A stretch of 64,000 nt of DNA from Haliotis rufescens (Eukaryota): NCBI RefSeq assembly GCF_023055435.1, contig NW_025964001.1, positions 30,504,001 to 30,568,000 of the forward strand. The letters are read 5' to 3'. Positions 23,115 to 37,163 of this stretch are shown in pieces; position 1 is the first letter of the stretch; the number at the start of each line of letters is the position of its first letter. The position numbers and the translations under genes were made by a program. Below the pieces are notes generated by a model. That model searched no databases and was not told where the DNA came from. It saw only the letters and a program-made list of their open reading frames with translations.

Positions 23115-24188
23115 CATGTTACATGTACACGGTCTGTGTCATCAGGTTATGTGTACACGATCTGTGTCATCGTGTTATGTGTACACGGTCTGTGTCATCG
23201 TGTTATGTGTACACGGTCTGTGTCATCAGGTTATGTGTACATGGTCTGTGTCGTCGTGTTACATGTACACGGTCTGTGTCATCAGGTTATGTGTACACGG
23301 TCTGTGTCATCATGTTATGTGTACACGGACTGTGTCATCAGGTTATGTGTACACGGACTGTGTCATCAGGTTATGTGTACACGGACTGTGTCATCAGGTT
23401 ATGTGTACACGGACTGTGTCATCAGGTTATGTGTACATGGTCTGTGTCATCATGTTACTTGTACACGGTCTGTGTCATCAGGTTACATGTACATGGTCTG
23501 TGTCATCATGTTATGTGTACACGGTCTGTGTCATCATGTTACTTGTACACGGTCTGTGTCATCATGTTACTTGTACACGGTCTGTGTCATCAGGTTACAT
23601 GTACATGGTCTGTGTTGTCATGTTATGTGTACATGGTCTGTGTCATCATGTTATGTGTACACGGTCTGTGTTGTCGTGTTACATGTACACGGTCTGTGTC
23701 ATCAGGTTATGTGTACACGGTCTGTGTTGTCGTGTTACATGTACACGGTCTGTGTCATCATGTTATGTGTACACGGTCTGTTTTATCATGTTACATGTAC
23801 ACGGTCTGTGTCATCAGGTTATGTGTACACGGTCTGTGTCGTCAGGTTATGTGTACACGGTCTGTGTCATCATGTTATGTGTACACGGTCTGTGTCATCA
23901 GGTTATGTGTACACGGTCTGTGTCATCATGTTATGTGTACATGGTCAGTGTCATCATGTTATGTGTATACGGTCTGTGTCATCAGGTTATGTGTACATGG
24001 TCTGTGTCGTCGTGTTATGTGTACACGGTCTCTGTCGTCGTGTTACATGTACATGGTCAGTGTCATCATGTTATGTGTACACGGACTGTGTCATCGTGTT
24101 ACATCTACACGGATAATGTCATCGTGTTACATCTACACGTCTATGTCATCTTGTTACATGTACACGTCTGTGTCATCCATGTTACATC
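23115..24188. repeat. 28-bp minisatellite
   Basis: Unit gttatgtgtacacggtctgtgtcatcag. Confidence 0.95.
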
Positions 24189-24976
24189 TTGTAGTTTTAA
24201 ATATTGAATACTGCTGAGTGCGGCGTTAAACAACAAACCAAACCAAACCCAAAACCCCATCCCCGCCTTCATAGACGGACGCTCAAATGGTCGGCCTTCT
24301 CTATATAAATCCTGTGCATATCTTTGTCACAGGTGTTAAGTGTGTGACATCTGGTTGCAGATCGCGTCATTTACCTGACACATCTATATGATGATTATTG
24401 GCTACCGTTTTTGAATATCAGTACATTCTTTACAATCATCAAGTGAGTCACGTTAAGAGTTTAGAAGAACTAGCTGTACTGAGTTGAAGTTGAATTATTA
24501 TGATATCATTTAAAACATCTGCATATGCTACTCATACAAACAGAGGCAAGTATGTTTTACATTAAAGGAATGGGTACACAACGGCGATGGAAACATATAT
24601 TAAATCATATCACAGATATTCAAGTGTACAACAACCAGTGTAGGATCACAGGGCCCGGCGTTCACTACATTTTCAATACTGAGATTCACTCACATATGAT
24701 GTTTATAACAACGGGGAATTCCATTGCTGAAAACACCAGATAATCAATTCACTTGTTTGAAAAAGCACGCTATTTTCAAAAGAAGAGAAACCTCTGTCCA
24801 CATTGTAGTCAGGTTTAATGTTTATATTCCACACACAATGTAGAATCGTCTCTCTTACTTTGTGTATTATCAAGTGCTGCTGTAGGCCCGTGAGATGAGA
24901 GGCTGCCATTGGTGCCTCTAGCTGCACAGCCGTGTGTAACGTACCAACCAGGGTGTTTACTGGTTCCAGCGTAGAT

Positions 24977-25209
24977 CTACTCCCCCTCAGCGGGAACTGT
25001 TTGTCCCTGGTAACTCTGTGTGGGCTCTGGTTCGTCAACATGTTTGGTATATTTAGGACCTTTGGATTCATTTGATGATTTCAGACTAACACGCTCAGAT
25101 TCAATGCCGTCGCTCTTCAGGTAAAAATGAAAGCCTATATTGAGTTCTGGGATGTCGTAAATAACCGCAACTAGCAGCATCATCATTATAAGTCCAAGGA
25201 GGAGGTACC
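24977..25209 (-). CDS. KCNK1: K2P channel exon 4 (M4 + C-tail) with stop
   Basis: (G)YLLLGLIMMMLLVAVIYDIPEL...PAEGE*; acceptor TGTTTCAG; YLLLGL is the TWIK M4 motif. Confidence 0.92.
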
Positions 25210-25277
25210 CTGAAACAGCAACACGTGCAGTGTAACATTGACAGTGTGTGTCAATTTCCAGTGGCTTCAGTAACATC

Positions 25278-25446
25278 AAACTACGGTTATAACGAACTCA
25301 AAGGGCCACTAATTTTAGTTCGTCATAACCGTAGTTCGTTATTAGCATACATACAGGATAAACACAGCAAATGCCCGGGAACAAAAAACAGAACGTTATA
25401 TCCGCCAGTTCGTTATAAGCGTTCTCGTTATAAACGTAGTTTACTG
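25278..25446. mobile_element. Tc1/pogo-type MITE filling most of K2P intron 3
   Basis: Same TIR and body as the 46528 copy. Confidence 0.8.
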
Positions 25447-25464
25447 TATATAAGGTGTACCTAC

Positions 25465-25863
25465 CTGTGGTGGCAACTTTGTACAGCGCCCTGTAGTGTT
25501 GTTGCCAGTTGTCGCCGGGGATGTAGTCGCCCAGACCGACGGTAGTGAGGGAGATGAAGCAGTAGTAGAAGGCGTCCAGGTAGTTCCAGTCGGGTTCAAG
25601 TGCAGTGTAAATACCAGCGGGGATGAGGAAGAAAAACGTGAAGATGAAGGAGAAGACGATGAAGAGGTGGAGGAGCTGGATGTGGAAGACCTTGTAGATG
25701 TGCCCCAGCTGCCGGAACAGGAAGTACAGGAACATCTTGGTGGGGAGCATGAGCCGCTCCACCACAGCCGTGAACAGAATGAGTGTCAGGGGAATGCCTA
25801 TCACAGCGTACACGATACAGAACGCCTTGCCGGCGTCAGAGAGTGGAGTCACTCGACCGTAAC
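25465..25863 (-). CDS. KCNK1: K2P channel exon 3 (GYG, M2, M3, pore 2)
   Basis: YGRVTPLSDAGKAFCIVYAVIGIPLTL...WNYLDAFYYCFISLTTVGLGDYIPG; GLG in the second filter is typical of the TWIK subfamily. Confidence 0.95.
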
Positions 25864-26145
25864 CTACAATAGAATACTCATCAGTAACTTATTTGGCAAT
25901 AAAATTGTATTGTAAGAATCCTTCAAGATGTCACTTGTAGAAATTCAACAGAATGGCAATATATATGTTCAGCTGGCATGAACTGCAAGACAGTTGAAAT
26001 ACCAGTAATCTCCTGGAAACAGCAGATATACTCAGCCAGTAACTGTAGGGTCATCATCGGCACACAGTTGAGATACTCAACCAGCAATTATGAGATCAAC
26101 ATCTAAACACAGTTGAGATACTCAACCAGTAATTATAGGGTAATT

Positions 26146-26427
26146 ACCGTATTTAATATTTTGGCAAGGTGACAATCCCAATTTGCACCCCTTCCGATTG
26201 ATTAATGTACCCAAGACTGTATAATACGCACTCGCATTTTATATGCACCCATAAATATATATTATGGGCAATTAAATTATGGAAAAATACATCTGTCGTA
26301 TATAAACATTTCAGGATGTCAGCATAAACCACGAAATGTACGATCTTTCACCAAAATAATTTTCTAATGAGAGCCCCAATTTCTAATTTTGAGAGCGCCC
26401 TGGGCGTTTATTACGTCGAATACGGTA
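26146..26427. mobile_element. Degenerate TA-flanked MITE
   Basis: TACCGTATT ... AATACGGTA termini. Confidence 0.45.
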
Positions 26428-26544
26428 TATCATATTTTTCTCAACTCTGAGGTAATAACAATTAGCAACACGTCGCTTGTCTGAGTAAAGCACAATCCTT
26501 TTAGCACATTGTCTCCAAAGCACTTGAGAGGAGTCAAGTCTTAC

Positions 26545-26688
26545 CTATGGTCGTGAGCACAGTCCCAGCAAAGAACATTGATTGGCCGAAACTCCAGTTG
26601 GGTTCAGACATGGACACATTGCGAGCTGCCGAGACTCCCCTGTTAGCAGCCTCAACGACCTCAACAATGAAGGCCTCTAGAGCTTGCT
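26545..26688 (-). CDS. KCNK1: K2P channel exon 2 (second cap helix, pore helix 1)
   Basis: (E)[47 protein letters not shown](G); TTTCAG / GTAAGA; not shown in the ORF track. Confidence 0.93.
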
Positions 26689-27217
26689 CTGAAACAACAA
26701 TACAGACAAGTGCTGAAGAACCTTGACGTCACTGTCGCCGTCAACAAAGGCGGGTGATGTTTGTGCGGGGGATGGTGCCACCACCACAACCACCTTTTGA
26801 CATTTTTTTTACATTTTAAGTTATCAAGTTACTCGCTGAAGCGGGAGATATTGTTGTTCAAAGGGATAAAGCGACGTATGTGGTGAAACAGTTCAGAGTA
26901 TGTCAAGTGTTTTCGTTTAGGACGTAAAACGAGTGCTAGGTATATATATATTCAACTACATGGGAAATGGCAATATGTACCTGGCATTCATACTCGATTC
27001 TAAGTTAGACGATCTTTTTGGCGTCTGCATCACTGTGTTGCGAATATTCATCGCCTTTATTACGATAAGTTCAGCAGGATGTAGACTCGATCATGTCTGT
27101 TGTTTGTAGGGAACCTATTTAATGTTGTGTTATCTTATTTTGTATGACCTTTGTTCAAAGCTCAATGTATGCAGTCAAACCATACATTTCAATCACGTGT
27201 ACAACTAAGTTCAATAT

Positions 27218-27339
27218 CGATGACATGCATGAACCAAGTCAGCGAGCCTGACCACCCGATCCCGTTACGACAAGCATAGTCGCCTTTTATGGAAAGCATG
27301 GGTTGCTGAAGACCTATTCTACCCCGGATCTTCACGGGC
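27218..27339 (-). mobile_element. Short retroposon family C, 5' half
   Basis: Reverse complement of the head. Confidence 0.75.
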
Positions 27340-27544
27340 CAGAGAGACAGATGAGAACTACTTGCTGGAAAGTCATTGTCAGAAGCATCTAATATCCCTG
27401 ATGCTAAAGATGAGGTACAACGTCGCGTTCAGTATGGTTGCTAGATATATGGCGACGTGCTCAAAGGTCATATCAGGGTGCTATGGTGAGACAAGTGGTG
27501 TTGGAGGTGTGGTAGGCTTGCTTAGGGTTAGGTGAATGATGTTT

Positions 27545-28382
27545 AGGGTGAGGTAAGTGGTGTGTATGGGAAGGTAGGTGGTGCTGGGTGTGAGGTAAGT
27601 GGTGTGTATGGGAAGGTGGGTGGTGCTGGGGTTGAGGTAAGTGGTGTGTATGGGAAGGTAGGTGGTGCTGGGGTTGAGGTAAGTGTTGTGTATGGGAAGG
27701 TAGGTGGTGCTGGGGGTGAGGTAAGTGGTGTGTATGGGAAGGTAGGTGGTGCTGGGGGTGAGGTAAGTGGTGTGTATGGGAAGGTAGGTGGTGCTGGGGG
27801 TGAGGTAAGTGGTGTGTATGGGAAGGTAGGTGGTGCTGGGGTTGAGGTAAGTGGTGTGTATTGGAAGGTAGGTGGTGGTGGGGCTGAGGTAAGTGGTGTT
27901 TTTGATGAGGTAGGTGGTGCTGGGGGTGAGGTAAGTGTTGTGTATTGGAAGGTAGGTGGTGCTGGGGGTGAGGTAAGTGGTGTTTTTGATGAGGTAGGTG
28001 GTGCTGGGGGTGAGGTAAGTGGTGTGTATGGGAAGGTAGGTGGTGCTGGGGGTGAGGTAAGTGGTGAGTATGGGAAGGTAGGTGGTGCTGGGGTTGAGGT
28101 AAGTGGTGTGTATGGGAAGGTAGGTGGTGCTGGGGGTGAGGTAAGTGGTGTGTATGGGAAGGTAGGTGGTGCTGGGGGTGAGGTAAGTGGTGTGTATGGG
28201 AAGGTAGGTGGTGCTTGGGGTGAGGTAAGTGGTGTGTATGGGAAGGTAGGTGGTGCTGGGGTTGAGGTAAGTGGTGTGTATGGGAAGGTAGGTGGTGCTA
28301 GGGGTGAGGTAAGTGTTGTGTATGGGAAGGTAGGTGGTGCTTGGGTTTGACGTAAGTGGTGTGTATGGGAAGGTAGGTGGTG
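27545..28382. repeat. 42-bp G-rich minisatellite, degenerating to about 28610
   Basis: Unit gaggtaagtggtgtgtatgggaaggtaggtggtgctgggggt. Confidence 0.95.
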
Positions 28383-28908
28383 TTGGGTGTGTAGTAGGTT
28401 ATGCTTGGTGAGAGGTAGTTGGTATTGGGTGTCGGGTAAGTGGTGTTGGGTGTGGGGGTGGTAGGTGATGCTGGGTTAGGGATAGGTGGGTTGGGTGGGA
28501 AGTAGGTGGTGTTGGGCGTGTGGGGGGCCGGTGCTTGGTGTGTAGTAGGTGACGCTGGGTGGGGGATAGGTGGTGTTTGGTGTGATGTATTTGTTGCTGG
28601 GGGTGAGGTTGGTTCCGTTCGAGGGAAGAAGGTGATACCGTTATGGATACCGAAAAGGACATTAAACTACATAAACTACAGAAAAATATGTCGAGCTCAC
28701 TTCCTATTTATCATGTTTTTTCTAAAACAATTTTCAACAAATCGCGAAAAAAACACCGTCAGTTGACTCACGGTCATTCAACTCAGTTGTGACCTTTCAA
28801 GCCAGAAATCAGTTGCCCTTTGGTTACATGAACGTCAGCTAATACTAGTTGTCTAACAGAGTAAATTGTCAATTAACACATTTTGTTATAATTGCGTATA
28901 CATATGAT

Positions 28909-29145
28909 TTGTTTGTTTGTTGACGCCGCGCTCAGCAGTATTCCAGCTATATGACGGCGGTCTGTAAATAATTGAATCTCGACCAGACAATCCAGTGATT
29001 GATATCATAAGCATCGATGCACGTTATTATAATACGATGACATGTATCAACCAAGTCAGCGAGCCTGACCACCCAATCCCGTTAGTCGCCTCTTACGACA
29101 AGTATGGGTTGCTGAAGACCTATTCTAACCCGGATCTTCAAGGGG
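28909..29145 (-). mobile_element. Short retroposon family C
   Basis: Full-length reverse copy. Confidence 0.82.
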
Positions 29146-30261
29146 CGTATAAGTATGGTGACGAGTTGCATTCAAAATGTCTTCCATAGTCTCCAACCTG
29201 AACAAAATCGGTGGCAGAAGTCACACGGGATACAAAAACCGACACTATTATGGCTATTGGACTGTTTCCTTCTCTACCGCATGCACCTTTCGTAAGGATA
29301 ACATGGTGACATGCATCTAATGTGGGCGCATCGACCTATGTAAGGAAACAGTTGCACAAATACAGCTGAATTTTCAATAAGCATATGTTGTTCTATACAC
29401 TACCGATTACAAAGCCAGGCCGTTACAACACAGATGTCAGCGAACGGCTACAACAAATCAATTGATTTCATCTGTGCGAGTTAATTCAGGGTCTCCTCTC
29501 ACTGTAATGCTACAGTCACTAACCGTGAGTAATCAAAATATAAATTGTCAATGCAAGAGAATAACCAGCCTTAGATTTTCTGCAGAAACAGATTCCACTT
29601 GGTGTAAAGGGAAAAAAATGTGGAAATTATACGAATGAACCACTGAAAATCAGTGATGAAACCAGGTGTTCGCGAAAAGGGTAAGCATGTCCTAAGCTGA
29701 GGGTTAGCCTTCCTTCTTTCGTCTCTAGGAGAAAGCTTATAATAGCCACGGAGTCATATACACTTACCGACGAAAAACGATACATGTTGGTTAATATATA
29801 AAGATATACTCATATTCTAGATATATTAGATTAGTTCGACGAACTAACGAACATACTGGTTTTTCGCGAAAAGGGTTAACATGTCCTTCCCTCCCGGTAG
29901 CACCCGCCATTAATACAATTTGCATAAAAAACGTAGGTATTTATTGCCTGACGCAGCACAACAGTAATCCTGCCATGCGTCGTCAGCCTGTAAACAAACC
30001 AGGAAATCAAGTGATCTATGTCACAGAAAATCCTGTGACCCGAGAGTACCGTTACTGATTTTGTTGGAACCAATACAAACGGTACGTTAATTTTGAATTA
30101 CGTCTGTTGTGTACAAGACCTGAGAGTTTGCTGCTTATAAGTAAAGGAAAGCGCTAAGAAATTTATTCTTTATTTAAAGTCTCGGTTGATTTGTTTGTCT
30201 TAACGACAGAAGCTGTTTCAGTTTGGACATGGTCCCACGAGGTTCATATTTGCCTTGCAAC

Positions 30262-31838
30262 CAGTCCTGCTTGCACCCATCCACATAGTCAGTCCTGCTT
30301 GCACCCGCCCACATAGTCAGTCCTGCTTGCACCCACCCACATAGTCAGTCCTGCTTGCACCCACCCACATAGTCAGTCCTGCTTGCACCCACCAACATAG
30401 TCAGTCCTGCTTGCACCCACCCACATAGTCAGTCCTGCTTGCACCCACCAACATAGTCAGTCCTGCTTGCACCCATCCACATAGTCAGTCCTGCTTGCAA
30501 CCACCCACATAGTCAGTCCTGCTTGCAACCACCAACATAGTCAGTCCTGCTTGCAACCACCCACATAGTCAGTCCTGCTTGCACCCACCCACATAGTCAG
30601 TCCTGCTTGCACCCACCAACATAGTCAGTCCTGCCTGCACACACCAACATAGTCAGTCCTGCTTGCAACCACCCACATAGTCAGTCCTGCTTGCAACCAC
30701 CAACATAGTCAGTCCTGCTTGCAACCACCGACATAGTCAGTCATGCTTGCAACCAACCACATAGTCAGTCCTGCTTGCAACGAACCACATAGTCAGTCCT
30801 GCTTGCAACCAACCAACATAGTCAGTCCTGCACCCACCCACATAGTCAGTCCTTCTAGCAACCACCGACATAGTCAGTCTTGCTTGCAACCACCCACATA
30901 GTCAGTCCTGCTTGCACCTACCAACATAGTCAGTCCTGCTTGCAACCACCTACATAGTCAGTCTTGCTTGCAACCACCCACATAGTCAGTCCTGCTTGCA
31001 ACCACCAACATAGTCAGTCCTGCTTGCACCCACCAACATAGTCAGTCCTGCTTGCACCCACCAACATAGTCAGTCCTGCTTGCAACCACCAACATAGTCA
31101 GTCCTGCTTGCACCTACCAACATAGTCAGTCCTGCTTGCACCCACCAACATAGTCAGTCCTGCTTGCACCCACCAACATAGTCAGTCCTGCTTGCAACCA
31201 CCAACATAGTCAGTCCTGCTTGCACCCACCAACATAGTCAGTCCTGCTTGCAACCACCCACATAGTCAGTCCTGCTTGCACCCACCAACATAGTCAGTCC
31301 TGCTTGCAACCACCGACATAGTCAGTCCTGCTTGCAACCACCAACATAGTCAGTCCTGCTTGCAACCACCAACATAGTCAGTCCTGCTTGCACCCAGCAA
31401 CATAGTCAGTCCTGCTTGCAACCACCTACATAGTCAGTCCTGCTTGCAACCACCCACATAGTCAGTCCTGCTTGCACCCACCAACATAGTCAGTCCTGCT
31501 TGCAACCACCATCATAGTCAGTCCTGCTTGCAACCACCCACATAGTCAGTCCTGCTTGCACCCACCAACATAGTCAGTCCTGCTTGCACCCACCAACATA
31601 GTCAGTCCTGCTTGCAACCACCAACATAGTCAGTCCTGCCTGCAGCCACCGACATAGTCAGTCCTGCTTGCAACCACCAACATAGTCAGTCCTGCTTGCA
31701 ACCACCAACATAGTCAGTCCTGCTTGCAACCACCAACATAGTCAGTCCTGCCTGCAGCCACCGACATAGTCAGTCCTGCTTGCAACCACCAACATAGTCA
31801 GTCCTGCTTGCAACCACCCACATAGTTAGTCCTGCTTG
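30262..31838. repeat. 28-bp minisatellite
   Basis: Unit cagtcctgcttgcaaccaccaacatagt. Confidence 0.95.
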
Positions 31839-32146
31839 AGTATTACACTCTCAATAACCAGTTGACAATTATCTGCACCCCATAGTACCTATAAAACAAC
31901 GGGTTAGAGACAACACGACAAAGACCCAAAGTGTATGACAAGAACATTGCGTATGATGTTCTCGACCTGTTATTTTGGCCAATTGGTGGAAAGATATCAA
32001 ATTGAACAAGGCACATATAATTTACCCTCACTGATACAGTGGACATATTCCTTGGGACAGACATTTCATTTCATGGGGCGGGATGGTCTCGGTGGCCGGG
32101 GAGTCCTTTTCAAAGTTTTTTCCACAAAAAGAAGAAATTCTATGTT

Positions 32147-33541
32147 TTTCTTAACAGATGTGTGTTCTGTCTCACACCGGACATAATGGGTGTTCTTAAC
32201 AGATGTGTATCCTGTCTCACACCGGACATAATGGGTGTTCTTAACAGATGTGTATCCTGTCTCACACGGGACATAATGGGTTTTCTTAACAGATGTGTAT
32301 CCTGTCTCACACCGGACATAATGGGTGTTCTTAACAGATATGTATTCTGTCTCACAAGGGACATAATGGGTGTTCTTAACAGATGTGTTTTCTATCTCAC
32401 ACCGGACATAATGGGTGTTCTTGACAGATTGTATTCTGTCTCACAAGGGACATAATGGGTGTTCTTAACAGATGTGTATTCTGTCTCACACGGGACATAA
32501 TGGGTGTTCTTAACAGATATGTATTCTATCTCACACAGGACATAATGGGTGTTCTTCACAGATTGTATTCTATCTCACACGGGACATAATGGGTGTTCTT
32601 GACAGATGTGTATTCTGTCTCACACCGGACATAATGGTGTTCTTAACAGATGTGTATCCTATCTCTCACGGGACATAATGGGTGTTCTTAACAGATGTGT
32701 ATTCTGTCTCACACGGGACATAATGGGTGTTCTTGACAGATGTGTATTCTGTCCCACACGGGACATAATGGGTGTTCTTAACAGATGTGTGTTCTGTCTC
32801 ACACCGGACATAATGGGTGTTCTTAACAGATGTGTATCCTGTCTCACACGGGACATAATGGGTTTTCTTAACAGATGTGTATCCTGTCTCACACCGGACA
32901 TAATGGGTGTTCTTAACAGATATGTATTCTGTCTCACAAGGGACATAAAGGGTGTTCTTTACAGATGTGTATTCTGTCTCACACAGGACATAATGGGTGT
33001 TCTTAACAGATGTTTATTCTGTCTCACACCGGACATAATGGGTGTTCTTAACAGATGTGTATCCTGTCTCACACCGGGCAAAATGGTGTTCTTAACAGAT
33101 GTGTATTCTATCTCACACAGGACATAATGGGTGTTCTTGACAGATTGTATTCTGTCCCACACCGGACATAATGGGTGTTCTTAACAGATATGTATTCTGT
33201 CCCACACCGGACATAATGGGTGTTCTTAACAGATATGTATTCTGTCTCACACCGTACATAATGGGTGTTCTTAACAGATGTGTATCCTGTCTCACACCGG
33301 GCAAAATGGTGTTCTTAACAGATGTGTATTCTGTCTCACACAGGACATAATGGGTGTTCTTAACAGATATGTATTCTGTCTCACACCGGACATAATGGGT
33401 GTTCTTAACAGATGTGTATCCTGTCTCACACCGGACATAATGGGTGTTCTTAACAGATGTGTATCCTGTCTCACACCGGACATAATGGGTGTTCTTAACA
33501 GATTGTATTCTGTCTTACACAGGACAAAATGGGTGTTCTTC
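32147..33541. repeat. 45-bp minisatellite
   Basis: Unit ttcttaacagatgtgtattctgtctcacaccggacataatgggtg. Confidence 0.95.
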
Positions 33542-34079
33542 TCAGTGAGAACATACGTTGCCAAAAAGATATTATCAGATATACATCACATGATGAACAT
33601 GTGTCATATTGGATAACACGACCGTATTGATATTCAAAACAAATTATGAATTGGGAATATTATGAATGTCTACAAGCATCTCATGAAAGTATAATGTCAT
33701 TATTTTGTAATGTGATGTAAACGTACACATGCGTTATGCAGTATGCTGGTACCAGTCGCCATGGTAATTATCACTATGGCAGTTTTCAATATAAGGAAAG
33801 AGTGTCCGTCATGAAATATTAGAATGTTTTTTGCATCACTGACTGTACGTAATGTTCATTATATTGCATATGAAATTACATTCATTCAATCAAACAGCTT
33901 GAATTCCGAAGCAAAAACCTATTTTTATTAATTCAGGAACTAAACACCCATATATACAGTGAGGTTTCAAGTCTGTCTCCATCTGATATAGGTTTCAGTG
34001 TTCTGCTGGGTATTCCTAACATGTCGGTCGGGTTACAGTACTGTTACGGTTTTGTTACCATCTACAGTACAGTACAGTA

Positions 34080-35392
34080 CAATATTCCCATCTGCCTTAT
34101 AGGCTATGAATGTTGCAGCAATATTCCCATCTGCCTTATAGTCTATGAATGTTGCAAAAATATTCCAATCTGCTATATAGTCTATGAATGTTGCAACAAT
34201 ATTCCCATCTGCCTTATAGTCTATGAATGTTGCAGCAATATCCCCATCTGCCTTATAATCTATGAATGTTTCAGCAATATTCCCATCTGCCTTATAGTCT
34301 ATGAATGTTTCAACAATATTCTCATCTGCCTTATAATCTATGAATGTTGCAACAATATTCCCATCTGCCTTATAGTCTATGAATGTTTCAGCAATATTCC
34401 CATCTGCCTTTTAGTCTATGAATGTTGCAACAATATTCCCATCTGCATTATCGTCTATGAATGTTTCAGCAAAATTCCCATCTGCCTAATAGTCTATGAA
34501 TATTTCAGCAATATTCCCATCTGCCTTATAGGCTATGAATGTTGCAACAATATTCTCATCTGCCTTATAGTCTATGAATGTTTCAGCAATATTCCCATCT
34601 GCCTGATAATCTATAAATGTTTCAGAAATATTCCCATCTGCTATAAGGTATATGAACGTATCAGTGTACGTATCTGCCATATAGTCCATGTGTGCTGCGG
34701 CAATGTACCCATCTGCTATATAATCATCTGTTATATAGTCTATGAATGTTGCAACAATATTCCCATCTGCCTTATAGTCTATGAATGTTTCAGCAATATT
34801 CCCATCTGCCTTTTAGTCTATGAATGTTGCAACAATATTCCCATCTGCATTATCGTCTATGAATGTTTCAGCAAAATTCCCATCTGCCTTATAGTCTATG
34901 AATATTTCAGCAATATTCCCATCTGCCTTATAGGCTATGAATGTTGCAACAATATTCTCATCTGCCTTATAGTCTATGAATGTTTCAGCAATATTCCCAT
35001 CTGCCTGATAATCTATAAATGTTTCAGAAATATTCCCATCTGCTATAAGGTATATGAACGTATCAGTGTACGTATCTGCCATATAGTCCATGTGTGCTGC
35101 GGCAATGTACCCATCTGCTATATAATCATCTGTTATATAGTCTATGAATGTTTCAGCAATATTACCATCTGCCTTATAATCTATAAATGTTTCAGAAATA
35201 TTCCCATCTGCTGTATAGTCTATGAATGTTGCAGCAATATTCCCATCTGCCTTATAATCTATGAATGTTGCAGCAATATTCCCATCTGCCTTATAGTCCA
35301 TGAATGTTTAAGCAATATTCCCATCTGCTATAAGGTATATGAACGTATCAGTGTACGTATCTGCCATATAGTTCATGTGCCCACCTGCTATA
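34080..35392. repeat. 39-bp minisatellite with a 402-bp higher-order duplication
   Basis: Unit aatattcccatctgccttatagtctatgaatgttgcagc; variant block recurs at 34651, 35053 and 35338. Confidence 0.95.
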
Positions 35393-36545
35393 TACCACTT
35401 CACTTCCACAGTTTTAAAGAGACGTCATCTTTGAATACTATAGTTGAAAGCACTTAAACTCAAGCTCAAAGATGATCCTACATGATCTGTATTTCATGTC
35501 TATGTATTGTATTCCCCACACCCCTATTGGATAAGTACTATCCAAGAGAAACCATCGAGTCAGTGAAATACATTTCCTCATTCGCAATCGCATAAACCTT
35601 GTTGTACATTAGCCTTGACGTGAATGTCCTCCTATATCCTCCCGCTCCTTTGATGACGGAGTGTAAAGATGCGTTAATAACGCACTGCTGATACGTGTGG
35701 ATTGTAAGTGTTAATTATATGTCTCCTGGTATTGTTTATGAATCTGTGTTGGTTCCGACCGACTAGACTTGCACATCTGTCTCCTGTACTTCCCTAGCTG
35801 TGCACAACGCTAATACACTACACTAGGTCAAACAAGTTCCGTAGCGTCATCATATAAGCATCAACATGTTTTCTACTCGTACATCGAAATATGATCCGTG
35901 GTTGTCTGCATGGATGGGATCACCTTCATGTATGGATTAACTGCGCTTTGTGAAGCATGGTTGATTCAGATTGAACTTAAATAAAGGATCTAGTGATGAG
36001 TAAAATTGATTTATTCATCAGCAGTCATTAAAACGGTATAACGCGTTAGAGAAAGAGATTGATATTACCATTGAGGAACAGTTATTCATTATTTCGCTGG
36101 TTATATTTCACAGCAAAGGATTCAAATATAACTTCATCATTTCAGATACATTCATGTCACGTTTTAAGTCGATGCAACAGTAAAGATTATCTACAGGCGG
36201 TAAATGATTCGGATAATTCACATCCTTATCCTGACTAAATGCTCAACAAAGGCATTATCTCAGTTGGAAACGAGAGCACATTATCACAGTTGTGTGACAA
36301 AAACAAAATCACGCATTTATACTGATAATCGTAAACAAACCCCAAAGCAGTTTCTCCCGAAAGCTCCTCGTTGCAACTAACCAATGCGTTATCTGCTGTT
36401 GCTTCGACCTGACAATTGACCACGAAGCTACAGGATTAATTACAGTTTATATTCACAACACCTTTATGCGCGACATATGGTGAACCGCCTCTCCAGAATT
36501 GTCAGTTATGTACATATGTTGTTTAAATCCCATGCTGATACTTAC

Positions 36546-36750
36546 CAGATAAACAGGAATTTTCCTTAAGAAACTTTTTCCTCTCAAATTTCAGGTTTTT
36601 GACTATGTCATCTTCCAGCGGACGCTCTAGCACTTGGAAGATTGCTGCCCCAAAGCAGATGTAAAGTACGAGAAACAGACAGAGTGAAATAAACTTGATA
36701 GTCGGTATGGCACAGCGGCGCTGCAAGCTGTCATCCATGTTGGAGTGCAT
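36546..36750 (-). CDS. KCNK1: TWIK-family K2P channel, alternative first coding exon 1b (M1 helix + cap helix)
   Basis: (MHSN)MDDSLQRRCAIPTIKFISLCLFLVLYICFGAAIFQVLERPLE...KENSCLS; phase-1 donor CTG|GTAAGT; start at 36750 or 36738. Confidence 0.88.
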
Positions 36751-37163
36751 ACCATATGAAATGTCACCAGATATAATCACCAACAACTACATCATTTCGG
36801 AGAGTCTACTCAGTAGAAGGGGCGTCAGGTTGTAATCGATGCTAGGTTATTTATTATAACACCTGTTTCTCCATTAACAAGAGACTGTCATGTGACACAT
36901 ATTGAGGAGAGGGTGTGATCTATTGCAGTTTACCTGCCATTGTCGATGTTAATGGAACATGAATGCAAAATTTTAGCTGAGGCATACTGTTGTAATTACT
37001 CAGTCGGCCGAGTGCATCTATTATCTGACACACACCACGTAAATAACAGAGAGAAAAAGGAATTCCAAAATCAGTTGATTTTCGCGTTTACCGTCGTTTA
37101 GCAACTGTTCCATTGGAGATTCATCATGCCTTCTCACGTTCAGGTTTACTAGCTAAATGAAAG

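Noticed and set aside
23060-24217. Three overlapping 337-385 aa Cys-rich ORFs
   Set aside because: The 28-bp unit has no stop codons on this strand, so all three frames are open; repeat artefact
25496-25915. 139-aa acidic + strand ORF
   Set aside because: Antisense shadow of K2P exon 3
27562-28350. Gly-rich structural or shell-protein-like ORF
   Set aside because: No ATG start or signal peptide; pure G-rich minisatellite
34021-35457. 478-aa Cys/Ile-rich ORF
   Set aside because: Translation of a 39-bp minisatellite (unit divisible by 3), antisense within a K2P intron, with no domain or gene structure
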